This document shows positions 51,493 through 61,742 of a DNA stretch of 64,000 bases, one piece after another. Numbering within the stretch: position 1 is the stretch's first letter; each line of letters starts with the position of its first letter. The stretch comes from Myxococcota bacterium (GTDB lineage Bacteria; Myxococcota_A; SURF-8): assembly GCA_963674735.2 (NCBI GenBank), contig CAXXQS010000001.1:832001-896000 (forward strand), read 5' to 3'. A program made the position numbers and the translations under genes. The notes beneath the pieces are model-generated. The model made no database searches. It was not told the DNA's origin and worked only from the letters and a program-made list of their open reading frames with translations.

Positions 51493-52908
51493 ATGAAAAA
51501 CCGCCCCATCACGTTGACTGTTCTCTTGCCCGTTGCCGCTTTGATTTTATTTGCGGTTGGTTGCAACTCGGACGACGACGGCTCGGATGATGGCCCCGCT
51601 ACCGATGGGGACGTCGAATTCGATGGGGACATCGATAACGACGTGGATGGTGATAGGGAAGCGGAAGTGGAAGTCGAGGCGGAAACAGAAGCGGAAATCG
51701 TTTGTCGCGATTCGGTGGCGCCTCGCGAACTGGAGTATATGCCCGACGAGACGTTCGATCTCGGTCCCTACCTCATGCAACCGCAACAGACCAGCATCGT
51801 GGTCATGTGGCGCAGCGAAGAAGAAGAGGACGGGACCGTCTTCTATGGCCTGGACGACACACTCGATCTGTCGGTTTCGCAGGACGGCGTTTTCAATATC
51901 CACGAAATCAAGCTGGAAGGGCTTACGGCGAACACGCGCTATCACTATCGGGTTCAGTCGGGCTCGCGCAGTTCCGAAGTCCATCATTTCATTACCGCTC
52001 CCGATTCCGAACAGGGGTTCAATATCACCATCTGGGGCGACAGCCAGAGCAATCCGGACACCTTTTCGCAGTTGGTCGATCACATGGTGGGTTTGAATCC
52101 TTATTTTGCGTTGGGCGTGGGTGATCACGTTTCAGAAGGGGGAGAATTTCCCCAATGGAAAGAACGTTTGTTCGGACCGGCGCGTGGTCTTTTCCACGAA
52201 GTCGGTTTTTATGCCGCCATCGGAAATCACGCTCGCAACCATCAAAATTGGTATGATTTGATGTCTTACCCGCACCCGGAGGACAATCCGCAGCATGAGT
52301 CGTTTTACAGCTTTACCTACGGTAACGCTTTCTTCTTGGTAATCGATACGGACAAGCCGTATTTCTCCATCGGTCCCGCCGAGACGGAGATTTCCACTTT
52401 CATCAAAGAGCAGGTGGCGTCACCTGAAGCGCAGGCAGCGAAATGGCGTTTCGCGATCAGTCATGTACCGGGTTATGCCGAAGCCTGGGGTGATGCTGTT
52501 TGTGAAAGCTATGGGGGCGATCTGGCTATTAGAGGTTGGCTGTATCCGATGTTGAACGAATATGGGTTCCACGCCCATTTCTCCGGTCATATGCACGGCT
52601 ACGAACGTGGCAAAAGCGATAACCTGGTGACGCTGATCACGGGTGGTGGAGGTGGTGGACTGGATGCCTGGTGTGTGGATCTGCCGGAAGTCTCGGTGGT
52701 GCAATACGTCCACCACCACCTGCACATGGAAGTCGGTTGCGATACAGTTCGGATTTCGGCCTACGACTTGGACGGGACGCTGTTCGATTGGGTGGAAATC
52801 ACGGCGGACGATTACGGCCAAATAATCGATGAGGGTCCGATGGAAAACCTGCCCGATCCGCCGATCGATCCCAATTCCCCGTCGGCTCCCGATACGGCGA
52901 AACTCTAA
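51493..52908 (+). CDS. Purple acid phosphatase-like metallophosphoesterase lipoprotein (FN3 + calcineurin-like)
   Basis: AVGC lipobox, GPYL, GD, GD, GNH, H and SGHMH metal motifs. Confidence 0.9.
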   Translation: MKNRPITLTVLLPVAALILFAVGCNSDDDGSDDGPATDGDVEFDGDIDNDVDGDREAEVEVEAETEAEIVCRDSVAPRELEYMPDETFDLGPYLMQPQQTSIVVMWRSEEEEDGTVFYGLDDTLDLSVSQDGVFNIHEIKLEGLTANTRYHYRVQSGSRSSEVHHFITAPDSEQGFNITIWGDSQSNPDTFSQLVDHMVGLNPYFALGVGDHVSEGGEFPQWKERLFGPARGLFHEVGFYAAIGNHARNHQNWYDLMSYPHPEDNPQHESFYSFTYGNAFFLVIDTDKPYFSIGPAETEISTFIKEQVASPEAQAAKWRFAISHVPGYAEAWGDAVCESYGGDLAIRGWLYPMLNEYGFHAHFSGHMHGYERGKSDNLVTLITGGGGGGLDAWCVDLPEVSVVQYVHHHLHMEVGCDTVRISAYDLDGTLFDWVEITADDYGQIIDEGPMENLPDPPIDPNSPSAPDTAKL

Positions 52909-53002
52909 CCTCCTGTTAAAGGGTTAGAAATACGACGCTGGATGCTGAAGTCCGGTATGCTTCTCCTCACGATCCAGCGGTGGTTTGGGCGGCTGGAGTA
53001 GC

Positions 53003-53329
53003 TTACTGATCGACGGAAAACAGATAACCGATGCTACGAACCGATTTGATGCGACGAGGAAAACGACCGCTGTCGTTTAATATTTTGCGAAGCTGGCAAA
53101 TTCTGAGGTCGATGGAACGGTCGTAGCCATTGTAGTTAATCCCACGAACTTCTTGGTACAATTGGTCCCGGCTGAGTACGCATCCCGCATTTTTAGCTAA
53201 ATATGACAAGAGATCGAATTGCCCGGAGGTCAACTCCAGTTGGACTTCGTTTAGTGTCGCAGTCCGACTATGAAAGGAAATGTGGAGCCCTCCGAGCGTG
53301 AGGTTCTGGTCTTTCATGAGATCCTGCAT
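53003..53329 (-). CDS. Stand-alone OmpR/PhoB winged-helix DNA-binding domain (RstA-like), no receiver
   Basis: LTSGQFDLL..LSRDQL..RGINYNGYDRSIDLRI..IKSVRSIGYLF. Confidence 0.7.
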   Translation of the reverse strand: MQDLMKDQNLTLGGLHISFHSRTATLNEVQLELTSGQFDLLSYLAKNAGCVLSRDQLYQEVRGINYNGYDRSIDLRICQLRKILNDSGRFPRRIKSVRSIGYLFSVDQ

Positions 53330-53563
53330 ATTTCTTCTCTTGCGTCTACATCTGTAAATCGATTTCCAATTGAAAGGCTAGCAAATTAGGAGCAGCCATT
53401 TTCCGAAATGATAGGGAAACGGCTACCTATTCACAAAGACGCATTCCTGGTGGAAGTGTTACAGAAAATCGGAAAATTAGTCTGAAAAGCTCTAAGAATA
53501 GATCCATCAAGAGAAACCGCTCAGTGCGAAATTGCAGAACACACTGATTTCAAACGACTTTCA

Positions 53564-53591
53564 TACAAACCCTTACACTCTCTATACAAAC
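53564..53591. promoter_or_regulatory. Three phased TACA half-sites (RstA-box-like)
   Basis: TACA at 53564, 53574 and 53585 (TACA-N6-TACA-N7-TACA). Confidence 0.5.
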
Positions 53592-53685
53592 ATTCTCGCT
53601 AACCAGCCGAATAGGCAGAATGAAGGGATTCTCGTTTTGAAGGCGCAAGGAAGGATGTCTTGTAACTTTCAGTAAGGAGGTCGCG

Positions 53686-54261
53686 ATGGCAATTGGTGCG
53701 ATTGACAGCAGCATGGCGAACATGCAACAAATGGTGCAGATGAGTCAGGCCAGCCGGGCGCAGCGGTTCGAAAGAGCGGACAGCAATGGAGATGGGGGGA
53801 TCGACAAAACCGAGTTGTCTGGCGTAACGGTTCACATTGAAGAAATGTCGGGGCAATCTATCGATGTAGAGGCGCTTATCAGCGAGAATGATGCCGACAA
53901 TGATGGACTGCTCAATGAGGACGAGATGGAACAGGCGATGACCAGTCTTCGTGAGAGCATGCCGGAACCTTCTTTCAGTGGTGCGCCGTCGATGGGCGGT
54001 GCTCCACCGATGGGCGGTGGCCCGCCGATGGGAGGTGCTCCACCGATGGGAGAAGAATCGGGCGCGGCGTCCGGAGTCGAGAGTGACGAGGAAGACAGCT
54101 ATTCCCTCCTGGATATCTATGCCAGCTTGACTGAGGAAGCGGAAGAGAGCGAAAGCTCGATTGTGGATCTTCTCTACAATTCCAATGCGTTGGCCAGCTA
54201 TTCCTCAGTCGAAAACGCCATGGTTCAGATCTGGGGAACGAAGCTGGATTTAGAAAGCTGA
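53686..54261 (+). CDS. EF-hand calcium-binding protein with GG(A/G)PPM repeats
   Basis: DSNGDGGIDKTE and DADNDGLLNEDE loops; AAGGAGG RBS. Confidence 0.85.
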   Translation: MAIGAIDSSMANMQQMVQMSQASRAQRFERADSNGDGGIDKTELSGVTVHIEEMSGQSIDVEALISENDADNDGLLNEDEMEQAMTSLRESMPEPSFSGAPSMGGAPPMGGGPPMGGAPPMGEESGAASGVESDEEDSYSLLDIYASLTEEAEESESSIVDLLYNSNALASYSSVENAMVQIWGTKLDLES

Positions 54262-54281
54262 TCGAATCCGACACTCATTTT

Positions 54282-54315
54282 GACCGATCCGATCATCGTC
54301 TCGGATCGGTCTTTT
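54282..54315 (+). terminator. Rho-independent terminator
   Basis: GACCGATCCGA...TCGGATCGGTC-TTTT. Confidence 0.75.
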
Positions 54316-54388
54316 CGTTTATGTCTGTATGAGCTTGCGTGATTCGCGATTGGCCGGGATTATCATTTCATGAATCAGTCGGCGCTTT

Positions 54389-57300
54389 TCAACGGACGGA
54401 TACATAAAAAGCGGGACTTCTCGGAGTCCCATTGATCAGCAAATGTTTGGATTTGGCCGACTTCGTTTCCTTCAGATGCTCCACCAATAGCGGTTTTAAC
54501 GTCGTTTCGCGATACTCGTTTTCAACATCGATACACGCAACACCGGTGTGCAGCTTGGTCCGATTGCGGCCATCCGGATCGTAGATCCACACCTCGCCGC
54601 CGGTCATTCCCGATCCGACACAGGGTCCGCACGGCCCCAGAACCACGCCGATACCGCCCGTCATATACTCGAATGCATATTTGCCAACGCCTTCGCATAC
54701 CAGAACGCCGCCGGAGAAACGCACGCCGAAGCGCTGCCCGGCGCTGCCGGAGACGAAGAGACGCCCCCCGGTTGCCCCGTAGGCTGCCGTATTGCCGATC
54801 AGGTGCGCCGTGCCGGTTGCTGAAGAGCGGATGGGTTCGGATACCACCACCTTCGCAGTTCCGCTCATCCCTTCCGCGACTGAATCGTTTGCATAGCCAT
54901 CGAGTCGCAAGGTCATGCCGTTGGTGGCGGCGAAACCGAATCCCTGACCGGCATAGCCTTGTGCGCGGATGACGATTTCACGTTCCGGAGGCAAGTGTGG
55001 GCGTCTTGCCAGTTCGCCCGCCAGCGTCGCCCCGACGGCTTGATCCTCGTTGGTTAGTGTAAGATCGACTTCCAGCCTTGTGTCGCGGCCTTCCAGCAGG
55101 TCGTGGGCGTGTTTCATGATTTCCCGGTTGGCGCGACCGATGGCTTGTCCCGAATCGACAACGTGTGCACCACTGGCGAAACCATCACTGCGGTAATCAA
55201 GCAAAAGCTCCGATAAGTCCATCAAATCCCAGCGCGTTTGGCCGGTAGGTTTTTGCTTGAGCAGGTCTACGCGACCCACCAGTTCGCGTGGATGACGCAA
55301 GCCCAGGCTGGCCAGGATGCGGCGCAGGTGCTCGGCCAGACACTCCAAATAACGGATCACGCCATCGCGGGCTTCCTCGTAACGTTGTCGGTTCGACACC
55401 TCGCGCATATCGATATTCTCATAGCGGCGACGCATGAAACGCTGGTTTTGAATTTCTTCGTCCTGAGTGGCGATGCCGACTGGGCATTTCCCCTTGTTGC
55501 AGCCACGGCAGAAAATACAACATTCCGCGACCAAAAGGGGTGTACCGATCGAGACCTCATCCGCTCCGAGGGCCATTATCTTCGCGATATCCATACCCGA
55601 CTTGATCCCGCCGTCGGCCCGCAAGCGAACTCCCGAGCGGATGCCGTTTACGACGAGATATTGATGGACTTCGCTTACGCCGCGTTCCAGCGGGAGTCCC
55701 GCATGCGAGATGCTGCTCGAACTGGCCGCCCCCGTGCCTCCTTCGAAGCCGCTGATGGTGATAACATCCGCACCGGCTTTGACGACGCCGACGGCAATGG
55801 TGCCGAGGTCGGTGATGCTGGGTACTTTGATCGAGATACGCGCAATCGGGTTGAGCTGTCGCAGATTGCCGATCAACTGGGCGAGATCTTCGATGCTGTA
55901 AATATCATGATGGGGGGGCGGACTGATGAGCGGGACGCCCTCCTGCGTTTTTCGGATGGCGGCGATTTCCGCCGTAACTTTTTGTCCCGGCAGATGTCCC
56001 CCTTCACCGGGTTTCGCTCCTTGGCCGATCTTGATTTCGATCTCATCCGCGCCGGAAAGATAGGTCGCGTCTACTCCGAAGCGTCCCGATGCGATCTGAC
56101 GGATCAAGCTTCGGTCGGACTCATATTCGCCACCCGGATTTCGCCGTTCATCTTCTCCGCCTTCTCCGCAATTCGACATCGAATGGAAGTGGTTGAATGC
56201 CGCCGCGATTGCCCGGTGGGCGGTTGCGTTGATGGCGCCATGGGACATGGCTGCTCCGCGAATCGTACCGGCAATGATGTCATCGGCGGATGCGACTTCC
56301 GTGATGGCAATACGCCGGGGCGGGGCGGTGAAATCCAACAGATCGCGCAGGTACACCGGCGGTTTGTCGCTTAAAAGCTGCACCAGTCGATCGTAATCTC
56401 CCTGGCTGTTGCCGTGGCGCGCCACGAATTGCAGGCTGTCGGTGACGGGTTTGTCGAAAACAACCACATTGCGATTGCTGACGAGGGCGTCGTCCTGTTG
56501 GTTTTTACGTGCGACGATATCCTGATAGATTTCCTCGACGCGAATGCCGCCCAGACAACAGAACGTGTCTGGAATGAAGTATTCCACCACATTCGGCGAG
56601 AGACCGATAGCCTCGAACAGCGCACTGCCACGATATCCCGAAAGAGTCGTGATACCCATTTTCGACATCACCCGGCGCAAGGTGCTTTCCAAGGTTTTGA
56701 CGATATTCGCCGTGGCTTTTTCTGCGTCGTTTTTCGATTCATCGCGCGCCACATGGAACATGGCGTACGGATTCAGAGCCGTCGCGCCGTAGGCCAGCAA
56801 AACCGCAGCGTCGTGACCTTCATGTACTTCCGCCGTTTCGACCACCAGGCTGACTTCGCGGCGCAGACCTTTGGCGGCCAGAGCTTGGTGCATGGCACTG
56901 ACCACTAAAAGCATGGGGAGCGGTAGACGCTTGCTGTGGGTTGCTTCGAAATCGGAAACCACCAGAATCGAGGTGTCGTTTTTGTGCACGGTTTCGATGG
57001 CTTGCTCGGTCAGGTTGTGTATCCGGCGCACCAGTTCACGTGATTCTCCGGTATCTTCAAAAGTTGCGTCCAGCACGGTTGCCGACAGTCCCGGGCTGTC
57101 GGAAGCTAGAATTTCTTCAAGGGCTTCGTTGGTCAGGAAGGGGTGTGGCAACACATACTGCGGGTAAACTTCATACTTGCTTTTCTTGGTCAGACGCGGC
57201 GAGCGCCCGAGAAAAACGGAGGTATTGATTGCGCCGCCCTCCCGAATCGGATCGATGGGTGGGTTCGTGACCACGGCAACGATCTGATGCAGGAAGCTGT

Positions 57301-58777
57301 ACAAGCGAGAATGGTTCTCGCTGAAAACGGCCAGGGGACTATCGTTGCCCATACTGAATATCGGTTCGCGGCCTTCTGCCGCCATCTGGCGGATTTGGCG
57401 GGCTTTTTCACGAGTCCAGCCGAAGGCGTTCAAAGCTTGAACTTCAAGTCGTTTGGAGCGTTTTCCGGCCTGGATCGGACGCAGATCGACCGTCGACAGG
57501 TTTTCGAAGTTCAGGCCGGTTTGTTTGAGGATATGTTCGGTGCTGCGTTCCGGGTGCAAGAACTCGCCGTTTCGCAAATCGGCCAAAATCATACTGCCGG
57601 GCTCCAATTGGCCATCTTCGAGAATTTCCTCGTTTGGAACGGGACAGGCTCCAACCTCACTCGACACGATCAAACGTTTCTCGGTTGTCAGCACATAACG
57701 GAGGGGGCGCAAGCCCATGCGGTCGAGAATCGCCGTGAGGTATTGGCCATCGGTTGCCACCAAGGCGATGGGACCTTCCCAGGCTCCCAGCGTGCCCAGT
57801 GCGCGTTCGTTACCTTCGAAAAATCGACGAGCCCGTTCGTCGGTTATGTCTTCGCGCCAGGCCGGAGGGATCATGCGCCGCAACGCTTCATGGATGCCGT
57901 TCATTCCGTGGGTGGCCATCATTTCGGCGACGCGGTCGAGTTGAGCGGAATCGCTGCCGTGAATCATCAGATTGCTGCCCAGTTTGATGGCGCTCTGGGC
58001 ATCGGAGACCGCTCGACAGTTGGCGGTAATGGTGTTGATTTCACCGTTGTGGGCGATATGCCGGAAAGGCTGGGCCAGATTCCAGTTGGAAAAAGTGTTG
58101 GTCGAGAAACGCCGATGCGCGATCACCACATTTGTTTTCATGGCGGGATCCGTCAGATCCGGGTAAAAATCACGCAGTTGCCGGGCGGTGGCCAACGCTT
58201 TATAAACGGTCGTGTAAGGTGCCAGCGAAACGACATTGACGACGCCTCCGGAGGATTCTTCGATGGTGATCTTTGCCTGGTGCGTCGCCTCGAACAACTG
58301 ATCTTCCAGCCGATGTCCTTTGCCGACGAAAACTTGGAAAATGATCGGGACATCGACACTGGCCCGACGACCGAGAGCCGCCGGATTGACGGGCACTTTT
58401 CGCCAACCCAGCGGAGCGAGCCCGACCCGTCGTAAAATGGCCGATATTTCACGTTTCAGGTCGTGAATGTTGCGTTCGCCATGGAGAAAGAACAAGGTGC
58501 CGACCATTAAGGGTTCGGTTGGGCTCGGTAAATTTCGACCGGGGGTCAGATAGCGCTCGAAACAGCTGCGGTCCGGCGAAAAGAGGAGACCGGCTCCATC
58601 TCCCATATCATCCAAGGCACCTCCCCGGTGCTCCATCCGCTGCAGACCGTCCAAAGCCATGTCGATGGGCGTTCGTGAGGGCGGGGATTGCAGGTCGGCA
58701 ACGGCCAGGATTCCGCATCCTCCTCGACCCGCTTTGGTGGTAATCTCTGACAATCGTTTTTGTTTCAGGCGTGTCAT
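54389..58777 (-). CDS. gltB: Glutamate synthase large subunit
   Basis: CG N-terminal nucleophile, HRGG..GDGAG, RFSTNT, HNGEINT, GEGGE, QIASGRFGV, KIGQGAKPGEGG, CPVGIATQ, GXGXG beta-helix. Confidence 0.96.
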   Translation of the reverse strand: MTRLKQKRLSEITTKAGRGGCGILAVADLQSPPSRTPIDMALDGLQRMEHRGGALDDMGDGAGLLFSPDRSCFERYLTPGRNLPSPTEPLMVGTLFFLHGERNIHDLKREISAILRRVGLAPLGWRKVPVNPAALGRRASVDVPIIFQVFVGKGHRLEDQLFEATHQAKITIEESSGGVVNVVSLAPYTTVYKALATARQLRDFYPDLTDPAMKTNVVIAHRRFSTNTFSNWNLAQPFRHIAHNGEINTITANCRAVSDAQSAIKLGSNLMIHGSDSAQLDRVAEMMATHGMNGIHEALRRMIPPAWREDITDERARRFFEGNERALGTLGAWEGPIALVATDGQYLTAILDRMGLRPLRYVLTTEKRLIVSSEVGACPVPNEEILEDGQLEPGSMILADLRNGEFLHPERSTEHILKQTGLNFENLSTVDLRPIQAGKRSKRLEVQALNAFGWTREKARQIRQMAAEGREPIFSMGNDSPLAVFSENHSRLYSFLHQIVAVVTNPPIDPIREGGAINTSVFLGRSPRLTKKSKYEVYPQYVLPHPFLTNEALEEILASDSPGLSATVLDATFEDTGESRELVRRIHNLTEQAIETVHKNDTSILVVSDFEATHSKRLPLPMLLVVSAMHQALAAKGLRREVSLVVETAEVHEGHDAAVLLAYGATALNPYAMFHVARDESKNDAEKATANIVKTLESTLRRVMSKMGITTLSGYRGSALFEAIGLSPNVVEYFIPDTFCCLGGIRVEEIYQDIVARKNQQDDALVSNRNVVVFDKPVTDSLQFVARHGNSQGDYDRLVQLLSDKPPVYLRDLLDFTAPPRRIAITEVASADDIIAGTIRGAAMSHGAINATAHRAIAAAFNHFHSMSNCGEGGEDERRNPGGEYESDRSLIRQIASGRFGVDATYLSGADEIEIKIGQGAKPGEGGHLPGQKVTAEIAAIRKTQEGVPLISPPPHHDIYSIEDLAQLIGNLRQLNPIARISIKVPSITDLGTIAVGVVKAGADVITISGFEGGTGAASSSSISHAGLPLERGVSEVHQYLVVNGIRSGVRLRADGGIKSGMDIAKIMALGADEVSIGTPLLVAECCIFCRGCNKGKCPVGIATQDEEIQNQRFMRRRYENIDMREVSNRQRYEEARDGVIRYLECLAEHLRRILASLGLRHPRELVGRVDLLKQKPTGQTRWDLMDLSELLLDYRSDGFASGAHVVDSGQAIGRANREIMKHAHDLLEGRDTRLEVDLTLTNEDQAVGATLAGELARRPHLPPEREIVIRAQGYAGQGFGFAATNGMTLRLDGYANDSVAEGMSGTAKVVVSEPIRSSATGTAHLIGNTAAYGATGGRLFVSGSAGQRFGVRFSGGVLVCEGVGKYAFEYMTGGIGVVLGPCGPCVGSGMTGGEVWIYDPDGRNRTKLHTGVACIDVENEYRETTLKPLLVEHLKETKSAKSKHLLINGTPRSPAFYVSVR

Positions 58778-59187
58778 TCAAACCTCTCTGCGACGCTTGC
58801 AATAAAAATCACGACAAACCCGCTCTTTGCCGCAGGCCGTTCTTGGAATCCCCCATAAACATGTGTCGCAAGCATGAAAGCTAACGGAAATTTACACGAT
58901 TGTGCCCCGAATGACGCGGCATGTCAAGTGGGGATGTGGGATGTTACTATGGGTAAGAAAGCGGTGAAGGGAATTCAGGCTCGAAGAATGATTCATTCCA
59001 GCATGTGCGCTTCCAAAAGTCCTTGGATTATACAAGGAAAAGGTGAGTGAATAACACTAAAAGTACCGAACCTCGGAAGTCTGTCGCAATCTACCACGCT
59101 AAAAAAAACAAGCACCTACAATTTCTTGCAGATGCCTGGATTTATATATTCGAAGACGGATTACTCTGAGCTTGCCCAGGGGAACTT

Positions 59188-60036
59188 TCATTTACCGCCA
59201 GTATATTCATGAAGTTGCATGCGGAATAGACCCTGATCGCTGGGAGCGTATTCCGCTGCCGCAATGTCAACTACGAAATAGTAGGTTGTACCTGAAGTGG
59301 CGGAAAAATTGATCCATTCTGCAGTGTCAGCACCATGTGAGTCACTTCCGTATTGGCAGTTTGCCTGGGCTTGAGTTCCATCTATACAAGTACTGAGCAT
59401 ATACAAGCCACCGTCCCAGCCATTGGAAGTCATTGAAACAGTCAGTTCAATATTTGAAGTGGCGGTATAGGAAAATACTTTGTCCCAGCCGACATTGGAA
59501 TAGCCCGTGCAGGATTCGCCGCTGTTGGCGAAATCAATGTCATTGACAAAGTTTGCGATAGCATTGGATGCGTTGTTGTATGGAATTGCATCGATAACGA
59601 TAGGGTTTGTACAATTTTCACCAGGGGCCACAACGACTTCGGAGTCATTTTCGATCTCCCCTTCGACATCGCCATCGGTTGTATCTTCGTCAACATCCCC
59701 ATCGACTGCATCACTCTCTACATCTCCATCGGTATCCCCATCGACGTCTCCATCGGTATCCCCATCGACGTCTCCATCGGTATCCCCATCGATGTCTCCA
59801 TCGGGGGTGTCACCATCGGGCGTATCGCCATCGGGGGTATCACCATCGGGCGTATCGCCATCGGGGATATCACCATCGGGCGTATCGCCATCGGGGGTAT
59901 CACCATCGGGCGTATCGCCATCGGGGGTGTCGCCATCGGTGTCGTCGCCATCGGTGTCGTCACTACTGTCACAGCCAACTACAAAAGTTAGAGAAAGGAT
60001 TGCAAACATCAATAGCAACATCAGCTTACGAGCCAT
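59188..60036 (-). CDS. Lipoprotein with long PDGDT/DGDV repeats and a C-terminal beta-sandwich domain
   Basis: GAGGAGG RBS, VVGC lipobox, 15-bp and 12-bp tandem repeats at about 59700-59960. Confidence 0.82.
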   Translation of the reverse strand: MARKLMLLLMFAILSLTFVVGCDSSDDTDGDDTDGDTPDGDTPDGDTPDGDTPDGDIPDGDTPDGDTPDGDTPDGDTPDGDIDGDTDGDVDGDTDGDVDGDTDGDVESDAVDGDVDEDTTDGDVEGEIENDSEVVVAPGENCTNPIVIDAIPYNNASNAIANFVNDIDFANSGESCTGYSNVGWDKVFSYTATSNIELTVSMTSNGWDGGLYMLSTCIDGTQAQANCQYGSDSHGADTAEWINFSATSGTTYYFVVDIAAAEYAPSDQGLFRMQLHEYTGGK

Positions 60037-60138
60037 GGACTTTTCCTCCTCAGAGATACAATTGAATGTCTATTCTTAAAATGTTTTGTCGTCATTATAG
60101 TCATAATGAAAACGATTTCAAGTGAAAGTGGCGTAGCT

Positions 60139-61312
60139 TAGGGCGTTTCAGTTCTGTTTCTTGGAATTAATAGGCGTGTCCTTTCCTCTACCTGGATATC
60201 GAGTTCTCTTGATTGGAAGGAAGATCATGAATCAGAGTGACATCGGAGATTTTCTTTTTCGCCTTCACGAAATCGTCATCGGCTACAGGGCATAGTCGCG
60301 GGCAGGGGCGGCGTTATCAGTTAGACGCTCTTCTTCTGCTGCTGGTGCTCGGATTTCTGCGGAATCTGACGACGATACAGGAGATTCTCCAGCGGACCTC
60401 CTACGACCGGGATCTGTTGGAATTTCTGGGCTGGAAACGGATTCCGGCCCAGGGCACCTACACGAATCTGTTTCAGCAGATGGACCTGTTGCCGGTGAAT
60501 GATCTTTTGCGCCAGGTCGGCGTGGAGTTGGCCTGGTCCGATACGCAGGTGGCGGTGGACGGCAAGACGATCAAGGGCAGTCTGCACCGGGACAAGCGCC
60601 TGCATGTGGTGAACGTCGCCACGCCGAAAGGCATTGCGCTGTCCCAGGCGTCCTCCGAGCCGGCCGGAGGCGAAATCAAGAGCGCCTTGAAGCAATTGAA
60701 GCAACTCGATCTTCAGGGCAAGGTGGTCAGCGGCGACGCGATGTTTTCGCAGAGAGAACTTTGCGAAACGATTGAAGAAAAAGGGGGCACTGGTTATTCA
60801 AACTGAAGGATAACCAGCACGAGCTCCATACCGAACTCTCCCGCCTGTGGCGCTATCGTGGGGGCAAGCGTCCCGCCCGTGAGACCACGACCTTGATTTC
60901 GGGCCGCATCGAAACGCGGCGTCTGTATGTCTTCCCCCAAATGAAAAGCTACTGGGACTGGCCGGGGCTTTCGATGGGCCTGGCCGTCCATTGCGAAAGC
61001 ATCGACAAACGGACGGGGGACATCCGCAAGGGCGTACGTTTCGCCATCACCGACTTGCCTCCGGATACGCCCTCTGAAACCTTACTGAAACATTTCCGGG
61101 ATCACTGGGGTATCGAAAACCGCCTGCATTACGTGCTGGATGTGTCGATGGGTGAAGATCGCTGCCGGGTGACGAGCAACCCCGGTCTGCTGTCGGCCTT
61201 ACGCAAAATCGCGCTGGCTCTGCTGCAATCCGTGAAAGGGAAACGATCCGTCAAAGCCACCATGCGTGATATGTGGAAACCGGGAATCCTATTCCAGAAT
61301 TGAAACACCCTA
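60139..61312 (+). mobile_element. ISAs1-family insertion sequence
   Basis: TIRs TAGGGCGTTTCAGTTCTG / CAGAATTGAAACACCCTA; transposase motifs inside. Confidence 0.85.
60227..61303 (+). pseudogene. ISAs1 transposase, frameshifted
   Basis: VDGKTIKGS, GGEI, GDAMF, -1 shift at A5G5 (60778-60787) giving KGGHWLFKLKDNQ, GRIETR, HWGIENRLHYVLDV. A second apparent shift lies near 60280. Confidence 0.75.
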
Positions 61313-61353
61313 GCGGTCCCGACGCTCGTTGCAGCGTCGGGACCGCTTCCACG

Positions 61354-61725
61354 ATTGACCATCCGTTCCGGTCCGGGTACAACTCCAACGAGGAGGACCC
61401 CATTGCCGATGTCATCAAACAAATCCGCAAAAACACCCGTCGCAAGTTTTCCGCCGACGAGAAGATCCGCATTGTCGTCGAATCGCTGCGCGGCGAGATT
61501 TCCATCAGCGAGCTCTGCCGCCGGGAAGGCATCCAGCCCAGCCTGTTCTATCGCTGGTCCAAACAGTTTCTCGAAGCCGGCAAAAATGGCCTGACACGCG
61601 AGACGAAGCGCGACGCCAGTGATGACGAGGTGTGTGAGCTGAAATCGGAGAACGAGCAGCTCAAGATCGCCCTGGCCGAGGCGCATCTGACTGTCTTGCG
61701 ATATAAAAAAAGCCTAGGCTCGTAA
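61354..61725 (+). CDS. IS3-family transposase OrfA (start uncertain)
   Basis: RRKFSADEKIRIV..SISELCRREGI..FYRW HTH followed by a leucine zipper. Confidence 0.8.
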   Translation: MDHPFRSGYNSNEEDPIADVIKQIRKNTRRKFSADEKIRIVVESLRGEISISELCRREGIQPSLFYRWSKQFLEAGKNGLTRETKRDASDDEVCELKSENEQLKIALAEAHLTVLRYKKSLGS

Positions 61726-61742
61726 GCGTCCGGTACAAGCGG

